Source: Desulfatiglandales bacterium (GTDB taxonomy: Bacteria > Desulfobacterota > DSM-4660 > Desulfatiglandales > Desulfatiglandaceae). Taken from it: 64,000 nucleotides of DNA. The stretch is taken from positions 3,008,001 through 3,072,000 of the forward strand of contig OY762721.1 of assembly GCA_963666345.1 (NCBI GenBank). Reading direction: 5' to 3'. A program made the position numbers and the translations under genes. The number at the start of each line of letters is the position of its first letter. The stretch's first letter is position 1. Below the pieces are notes generated by a model that ran no database searches, was not told the origin of the DNA, and saw nothing but the letters and a program-made list of their open reading frames with translations. Positions 58,150-64,000 of this stretch are shown here, piece by piece.

Positions 58150-59031
58150 ATGGAAGGTTTCAGCACGGATGAGATAATGCGGCTTGCCCTTGATCTGATA
58201 GGTGAGCCGGAGACCCCCAGGGATTCTGGAGTTCATGTGCCGGGCACAGGGATCAAGAAGCTTCTTTTTACCATGGACGCAAATGTGGGTCTCCTTCACA
58301 TGGCAAAGGAGATGGGCTTTGACTGTGTGCTGTGTCATCACCCGTGCGGCGCCCTGATAGAGCAGGGCGAGGTCTACGCAAGGCATCTTGATCTCATTGA
58401 GATGCACGGGATAGAAAAGGAAAAGGCCCTTGAAACCCTTGGAGACAGCCTTGAGCGTGCGGTCGGGAGAATAAGAAACAAGCGGGAGCGGATGCTTTAC
58501 AGGGAATCTCCCAATCAGACCGTGCTTGAAGTTGATGCGGCAAGGCTCATGGGTCTTCCCTTCATGAACATGCATAACGCATTTGATGAGGCTGGAAGAA
58601 GGATACTTCAGGCAAAAATCGATGCGGCCATAAAAGATAATCCCGATTTCACCCTGGCTCAGGTCCTTACCCTGATAAAGGAACTGCCCGAGGCGGTAAA
58701 GGCGGTCAATGATTACGCCATAACTCCTGTTATATTCATGGGTGATCCGGAAACGAGGGCGGCACGGACAGTGTTTGTCCACGGGGCCCTTTCAGCACCT
58801 CATCCTGAGATAATTGAGTGTTACTGGCAAAACGGATTTGAGACGGTCATCATGCTTCACGGCGAATTTGACCAGCTTGAAAAGCTTAAAAAGGAAAATG
58901 AAGGAAACCTTATTCTAACAGGGCATTTTCTGGGGGATTCGATCGGCATGACCCCTTTTATACGCGCCTTGAGAAAAAAGGGGGTTGAGGTGACCTGCAC
59001 CGGTGGTATAATCGATATAGACGGCCTGTAA
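58150..59031 (+). CDS. NIF3-like dinuclear metal-centre protein
   Basis: DS..IKKLLFTMD, CHHP, HNAFD, MLH, GHFLGDSIGM; GGAGG RBS. Confidence 0.7.
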   Translation: MEGFSTDEIMRLALDLIGEPETPRDSGVHVPGTGIKKLLFTMDANVGLLHMAKEMGFDCVLCHHPCGALIEQGEVYARHLDLIEMHGIEKEKALETLGDSLERAVGRIRNKRERMLYRESPNQTVLEVDAARLMGLPFMNMHNAFDEAGRRILQAKIDAAIKDNPDFTLAQVLTLIKELPEAVKAVNDYAITPVIFMGDPETRAARTVFVHGALSAPHPEIIECYWQNGFETVIMLHGEFDQLEKLKKENEGNLILTGHFLGDSIGMTPFIRALRKKGVEVTCTGGIIDIDGL

Positions 59032-59080
59032 GGCGAGCGGCCTTGCGGCTCAAAATTACCGTAAGATAAGGAGGAAGAAG

Positions 59081-59611
59081 ATGTTTGATTCTCTTATTGA
59101 AAAAAGAAGGAGCATAAGGAGATACAAGGACAGGGCGGTGGAGCAGGACAAGGTTGCGGCCCTGATCGAGGCGGCCCTTTTTGCGCCCTCTTCCATGGGG
59201 CGCACCCCCTGGGAATTCATAGTGGTTGACGATAAAGGGATGCTTGAAAAGCTTTCCACTTCAAAGGCCCATGGTGCCTCGTTTCTTAAAAACGCGCCCC
59301 TCGGCATAGTGGTCTGCGCGGACCCTGCAAAATCGGACGTGTGGGTGGAAGATGCCTCTATCGCGGCCATTTTCATCCAGCTTGCGGCCGAGTCGATCGG
59401 CCTTGGAAGCTGCTGGATACAGATAAGGGAGCGCATGCATGAATCAGGCTCAAAGGCGGGCGATTATGTAAAGAGACTTCTTGATATCCCTGATAACCTT
59501 GAGGTGGAGTGCTTTGTCGCGGCAGGCTACCCTGATGAGACAAAACCCGGCAAAAAAAAGGAAGACCTGCTCTATGACAGGGTTCATGCGGGAGTCTACG
59601 GAAAAAAATAG
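59081..59611 (+). CDS. Nitroreductase family protein
   Basis: RRSIRRY, APSS..PWEFIVV, GLGSCWI, GYP. Confidence 0.93.
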   Translation: MFDSLIEKRRSIRRYKDRAVEQDKVAALIEAALFAPSSMGRTPWEFIVVDDKGMLEKLSTSKAHGASFLKNAPLGIVVCADPAKSDVWVEDASIAAIFIQLAAESIGLGSCWIQIRERMHESGSKAGDYVKRLLDIPDNLEVECFVAAGYPDETKPGKKKEDLLYDRVHAGVYGKK

Positions 59612-59668
59612 GGTAATGAAATAAATGTTGCCTGTGCGGCAGGCAGCGGTTAAAGGAGGCGGCGGTAA

Positions 59669-61324
59669 ATGATTCATCCCCTGGCTGGAAAGCCTGTGCC
59701 TCAATCACTTTGGATAAACATCCCGAAGCTTTTGACGGATTACTATCTGAGGCATCCTGATGTGACGGAGCCTGCTCACAGGGTGGCCTTCGGCACATCG
59801 GGCCACAGGGGTTCTTCTTGTCTCTGCAGTTTCAATGAAGATCACATACTTGCTATAACCGAAGCTCTCTGCCTTTACAGGGAAAAAGAAGGGATAAAAG
59901 GGCCTCTTTTTCTGGGTATGGACACCCATGCCCTTTCAGAGCCCGCCCACTCCACGGCCCTTGAGGTGCTCGCGGCACACGGTATTGACGTCATGATCCA
60001 TGAGGACGCAGGCTTCACACCCACCCCCGTCATATCGCATGCCATTTTAAGCCATAACAGGGAAGGGGGCTCAGGGATAGCCGACGGCATAGTCGTGACC
60101 CCTTCGCACAACCCGCCTGAAAGCGGCGGCTTCAAATACAACCCGCCTGCGGGCGGGCCTGCCGACACAGCCATTACGGGCTGGATCGCGGATGCGGCAA
60201 ACAGGATACTCAAAAACAAAAACCGGGAGGTAAAAAGGATACCCTATGAAAGGGCGATAAAGGCCTCGACCACACACCCGTATGACTTTGTCACGCCCTT
60301 TGTAAGAGATCTGGAAAACATCCTTGACATGGACGTGATCCGCTCTTCCGGCGTCAGGATATGCGCGGATGCCATGGGCGGCTCAGGCATGGACTATTGG
60401 GAACCTCTGGCCGATCACTACGGGTTGAACATGGATGTCGTAAACAGGGTATATGACCCTGCTTTCAGGTTCATGACCCTTGACAGGGACGGGAAGATCA
60501 GGATGGACTGCTCTTCCGCCTACGCCATGGCGGGCCTGATCAAGCTTAAAGACAGCTATGACATCGCCTTTGGAAATGATCCCGATTTTGACCGCCACGG
60601 TATAGTCACCGGAAGCGGCGGGTTGATGAACCCGAATCATTTCCTGTCGGTTGCCGTGTGGTACCTGTTTCAGGAAAGAAAAGGCTGGCCGGAGGACGCC
60701 GCGATCGGCAAGACCCTGGTGAGCAGTTCAATGATAGACAGGATAGCCTCCGGGCTGGGTAAAAGGCTCTTTGAGACGCCTGTGGGATTCAAATGGTTTG
60801 TTGAGGGGCTTCTTGGCGGAACGTGCGCATTCGGTGGGGAGGAAAGCGCAGGCGCGACCTTTCTTCGAAAAGATGGCACTGTCTGGACGAGCGATAAAGA
60901 CGGTTTTATAATGGCGCTTCTTGCGGCTGAAATTACCGCCAGGACCGGCAGAGATCCGTCCGAGCATTACCGGCACCTTGAAGAAAGGTTCGGCTCACCC
61001 ATTTATGAGAGGATGGACGCGCCCGCAGACCGGGAGGAAAAGGAACTCCTTCAGTGCCTCTCACCCGATGATGTGGCCGCCTGCGAGCTCGCAGGTGAAA
61101 AAATAATCGCCAAACTGTCAAAGGCCCCCGGGAATAACTCTCCCATAGGGGGCCTTAAGGTGGTCACGGAGAACGGCTGGTTTGCCGCAAGGCCTTCCGG
61201 CACGGAAGACATCTACAAGATATATTCAGAGAGTTTCAAGGGGGAAGAACACCTGAAACTGATACAGGAAGAGGCCAAAGATATCATAGCAACGGCGCTT
61301 AAGGGAAATAAGCCGCCCGGCTGA
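59669..61324 (+). CDS. pgm: Phosphoglucomutase (alpha-D-glucose-1,6-bisphosphate-dependent)
   Basis: FGTSGHRG, TPSHNPP, DPDFDRH, GEESAG, RPSGTE. Confidence 0.96.
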   Translation: MIHPLAGKPVPQSLWINIPKLLTDYYLRHPDVTEPAHRVAFGTSGHRGSSCLCSFNEDHILAITEALCLYREKEGIKGPLFLGMDTHALSEPAHSTALEVLAAHGIDVMIHEDAGFTPTPVISHAILSHNREGGSGIADGIVVTPSHNPPESGGFKYNPPAGGPADTAITGWIADAANRILKNKNREVKRIPYERAIKASTTHPYDFVTPFVRDLENILDMDVIRSSGVRICADAMGGSGMDYWEPLADHYGLNMDVVNRVYDPAFRFMTLDRDGKIRMDCSSAYAMAGLIKLKDSYDIAFGNDPDFDRHGIVTGSGGLMNPNHFLSVAVWYLFQERKGWPEDAAIGKTLVSSSMIDRIASGLGKRLFETPVGFKWFVEGLLGGTCAFGGEESAGATFLRKDGTVWTSDKDGFIMALLAAEITARTGRDPSEHYRHLEERFGSPIYERMDAPADREEKELLQCLSPDDVAACELAGEKIIAKLSKAPGNNSPIGGLKVVTENGWFAARPSGTEDIYKIYSESFKGEEHLKLIQEEAKDIIATALKGNKPPG

Positions 61325-61388
61325 AAAATATCATCACGTTTGCCTTCTCTGCCTGCTTCGGAAATCCTACCCCCGGCATGAGCCGGGG

Positions 61389-61733
61389 CTACTCCTTTTT
61401 CTTGCCCTCTTTTTTCTTCTGCTTTTTCTGCTGCCTCTTACTTGCCTGGGCTTCCTCTTCAGCGGCCTTTTTGCTCTTTTTTTCCTTTTTGGGCGCGGCC
61501 AGTTTTTCGGCCTTTGTCTTTGCCATCTCAGCCGCTTTTTCCTCTTTGGCGGAAATAGCCTTTATCCTTGCTTTCACATCTCTTAATTCGGCCCTTATCT
61601 TTTTTACCGCGGAATCTTTTTTTATCTTATCCGATTCGATCCCCTGTTCTTTTAATAAAGAGATGCGTTGTTCAAGTTTTTCTTCCCAGTAGGTCTTCTG
61701 GGCAAGTCTCGCTGCTTTGTCTTTTGAACCCAT
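61389..61733 (-). CDS. Lysine-rich hypothetical protein
   Basis: MGSKDK..; helical charged N-half, K/A/E-rich tail; hairpin CCCCGGC-ATGA-GCCGGGG at the stop. Confidence 0.75.
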   Translation of the reverse strand: MGSKDKAARLAQKTYWEEKLEQRISLLKEQGIESDKIKKDSAVKKIRAELRDVKARIKAISAKEEKAAEMAKTKAEKLAAPKKEKKSKKAAEEEAQASKRQQKKQKKKEGKKKE

Positions 61734-62222
61734 GTCTTTCCCCTTTCTTCTAACACACCCACACCCGATATTTTTTTGCGCCTTGAAATTTCCAGCCATA
61801 CGGCCTCAATTTAGAGTGTTCGAAATTTTCAGGCTCGGTCTGGGCTAAAGACTTGTTCTAATATCAAGAAATTCAAGAATAATAAATATAAAAATACCAC
61901 CTTGACTGTCCAGTATAAATATATGACGGGGCGGAACAGATTATGAATGCATGTTTCAACCATATTGCAGGTCGGACAGTATACGGGCTGCTATAATTAT
62001 AATATTTTACCTTAATTTAATTAAGATGTATATAATTTGATTTTTCTTGACCATATAATTCCCTTTTTCTATACTCTTTCACCATTCATGAAAGATCTTT
62101 GGCAGATGTTCGGCTTTTGGCCGTGATACCCGTTAAGAGGGTTATCTCCGTAGAATTGTGCCTGCCGGCCGGAAGCGATGCAATCACTTTTTTTAAACCG
62201 ACAACGTGATGGGAGGTCACAT

Positions 62223-63389
62223 ATGGGAAAGGTCGCTATTATCGGAGTTGGTCAGAGTGCATTTGTTCGAGGCTATCCCGGCTCAATCAGAGAACTCGCC
62301 TTTGAAGGTTTTAAGGAGGCGATGGAGGACGCCCAGCTGTCCACGGAGCAGATCGATGCCTCCATAATCTGTTCCGCCCCCGAATATGACAAGCAGAGGT
62401 CTCCTGCGGGGGTATTTGCCGAGTATCTCGGGCTGGTACCTCAGCCCACCTTTTACCTTGAAACCCTCTGCTCATCGAGCAGTACCGGCCTTAAAATGGC
62501 CTATTCCATGGTGAGCGCCGGTCTTCACGACATAGTGGCCGTGCTCGGATTTCAGAAGATGTCGGAGATATCGTCCGCCGAATCACAGGAAAGAATGGGC
62601 CGGGGCGCGGACATCCAATGGGAAAGCCCCTTCGGCACCATGATGCCCGCCTATTACGCGATGTATGCCAGGGCGCACATGGACAGATACGGCACCACTC
62701 CGGATGACCTGGCACTTATAAGGGTGAAGGCCGCAACTTACGGTCAGATAAATGAAAAGGCGGTCTACCGCAAGCCGGTCGATTTCGAGATGTTTTCAAA
62801 CCCTGAAAGCCCCATGTCCAATCCCGTGTCAAGCCCTCTGAGGGTCGGCGACTGCTGCGCCAACGCCGATGGAAGCTCATGCGTCATAGTCGCCAGCGAG
62901 GAAAAGGCCAGGTCTCTTTCAAAAAAGCCTGTGTGGATAATGGGAGTAGGGGCTGCATCAGCGGCGGTCAATATGGCCGGAAGGGATCTTTTTACCGGTC
63001 TTACCGTGGCGCAGCAGGCATCCGATGTGGCCTACAGGATGGCCGGGGTGGGACCGAAAGATATCGATGTCGCCGAGGTGCATGACTGTTTCACCATAGC
63101 GGAGATGATGGCCTATGAAAACCTGGGCTTTGCAGCCCCGGGGGAGGGAAAGGAACTTATCAAGGCCAAAGAGACCTACAGGGAAGGGAGCATACCGGTT
63201 AATGTCGACGGGGGGCTGCTGTCAAAAGGCCACCCTATCGGGGCGACAGGGGGATCTCAGATCAGGACGATAGTGCTCCAGTTGAGAGGCGAGGCTGGTG
63301 AGATGCAGGTCAAGGATCCCGAGATCGGACTGGTACACAATATCGGCGGTGTCGGTCTCTACGGTAATGTCACTATCCTGGGGAGGTAG
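62223..63389 (+). CDS. SCP2-type / archaeal-like thiolase family protein
   Basis: ETLCSSSS, AEVHDCF, NVDGGLLSKGHPIGATG, HNIGG; GGAGG RBS. Confidence 0.9.
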   Translation: MGKVAIIGVGQSAFVRGYPGSIRELAFEGFKEAMEDAQLSTEQIDASIICSAPEYDKQRSPAGVFAEYLGLVPQPTFYLETLCSSSSTGLKMAYSMVSAGLHDIVAVLGFQKMSEISSAESQERMGRGADIQWESPFGTMMPAYYAMYARAHMDRYGTTPDDLALIRVKAATYGQINEKAVYRKPVDFEMFSNPESPMSNPVSSPLRVGDCCANADGSSCVIVASEEKARSLSKKPVWIMGVGAASAAVNMAGRDLFTGLTVAQQASDVAYRMAGVGPKDIDVAEVHDCFTIAEMMAYENLGFAAPGEGKELIKAKETYREGSIPVNVDGGLLSKGHPIGATGGSQIRTIVLQLRGEAGEMQVKDPEIGLVHNIGGVGLYGNVTILGR

Positions 63390-63393
63390 CGAA

Positions 63394-63828
63394 ATGGGCA
63401 AGAAAAGGGAAATGGACGAAAGGTTCAAGAAATTTGGTACGGTAAGCTTTACTTCCATTACAAAGGTAAATGACTTTATCGACCACCTTGAAAATGGTAA
63501 GGTAATGGCAACAAGATGCAAGGGGTGCGGGCTGACCTTTTTTCCGCCCAGGGCGGACTGTTACAAGTGCCTGGCAAGCGATATGGAATGGACCGAGGTC
63601 TCGGGTACGGGCAGGCTTTTGAGTTACAGCAAGCTTGAATTCGCGCCGGTGGGATTCGGCGACGACCTGCCTTACTGTATCGCCCTTCTCGACTACGGCG
63701 ACTTCAAGGTGTTCGGCAGGATAGCCGACGGGCTCAAGGATGAAGATCTGCATGTGGGAATGGATATGACGACGGAGGCAAACACCCTTTCGAACGGACA
63801 GCTCAATTACGTGTTTAAGAAGGCATAG
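63394..63828 (+). CDS. DUF35 Zn-ribbon/OB-fold thiolase partner
   Basis: CKGC..FFPPRADCYKC, GTGRLLSYS, PYCIAL. Confidence 0.9.
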   Translation: MGKKREMDERFKKFGTVSFTSITKVNDFIDHLENGKVMATRCKGCGLTFFPPRADCYKCLASDMEWTEVSGTGRLLSYSKLEFAPVGFGDDLPYCIALLDYGDFKVFGRIADGLKDEDLHVGMDMTTEANTLSNGQLNYVFKKA

Positions 63829-63914
63829 AGGCCTTACGGGTCCGATTCAAGTGAAAACCTATTATTTCAACTGATCCGGCGGGTAACCATATAACCTGTT
63901 CTGGGGAAAAGGCT

Positions 63915-64000
63915 TTGACAAACTCCGAAACAGAGCACCCGGGATGGCTCGAGATATCGATTGAGGCGGAGCCGACGATACTCGAGCCCCTGAGTGCCTT
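63915..64000 (+). CDS. Start of a gene cut by the window edge, possibly ribosomal protein L11 methyltransferase
   Basis: TTG..PGWLEISIEAEPTILEPLSA resembles PrmA N-termini; only 28 codons visible. Confidence 0.4.
   Translation, partial: MTNSETEHPGWLEISIEAEPTILEPLSA

Overview
A 64-kb chromosomal window from an anaerobic bacterium. Gene content and style (CooC, sigma-54 regulators, class III RNR, FeoAB, thiolase/DUF35) suggest Desulfobacterota (former Deltaproteobacteria); this is inference. It is mostly housekeeping or common accessory genes: serC, asnS, an ArsR/DUF318/thioredoxin/ArsC operon, hisC-cmk-rpsA-sppA, ihfB, SRP RNA, nrdDG with tandem NrdR boxes, feoAB plus a DtxR regulator, an amino-acid ABC transporter, an RND pump, a two-component system with two degP genes, pgm and a thiolase. 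The ORF track misses the most interesting items. (1) An O6-alkylguanine-DNA alkyltransferase gene (53913-54230, minus) whose active-site PCHRV cysteine codon is an in-frame UGA followed by a SECIS-like hairpin, so probably a selenoprotein; it lies directly downstream of tag. (2) Two decayed attC-like sites after tsaA/trmO and tag, suggesting an eroded integron cassette array with no integrase in view. (3) Small transposase-less elements built from inverted arms of 7-, 8- or 9-bp tandem repeats. One encloses a decayed four-helix-bundle (IVS-protein/Avd-like) gene and is nested in another; a second has hairpin termini and a 40-bp ends-only sibling. (4) Several pseudogenes that keep both termini but lost the middle. 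No CRISPR, rRNA, tRNA, integrase or transposase was recognised. All family calls come from reading motifs by eye; no searches were run.
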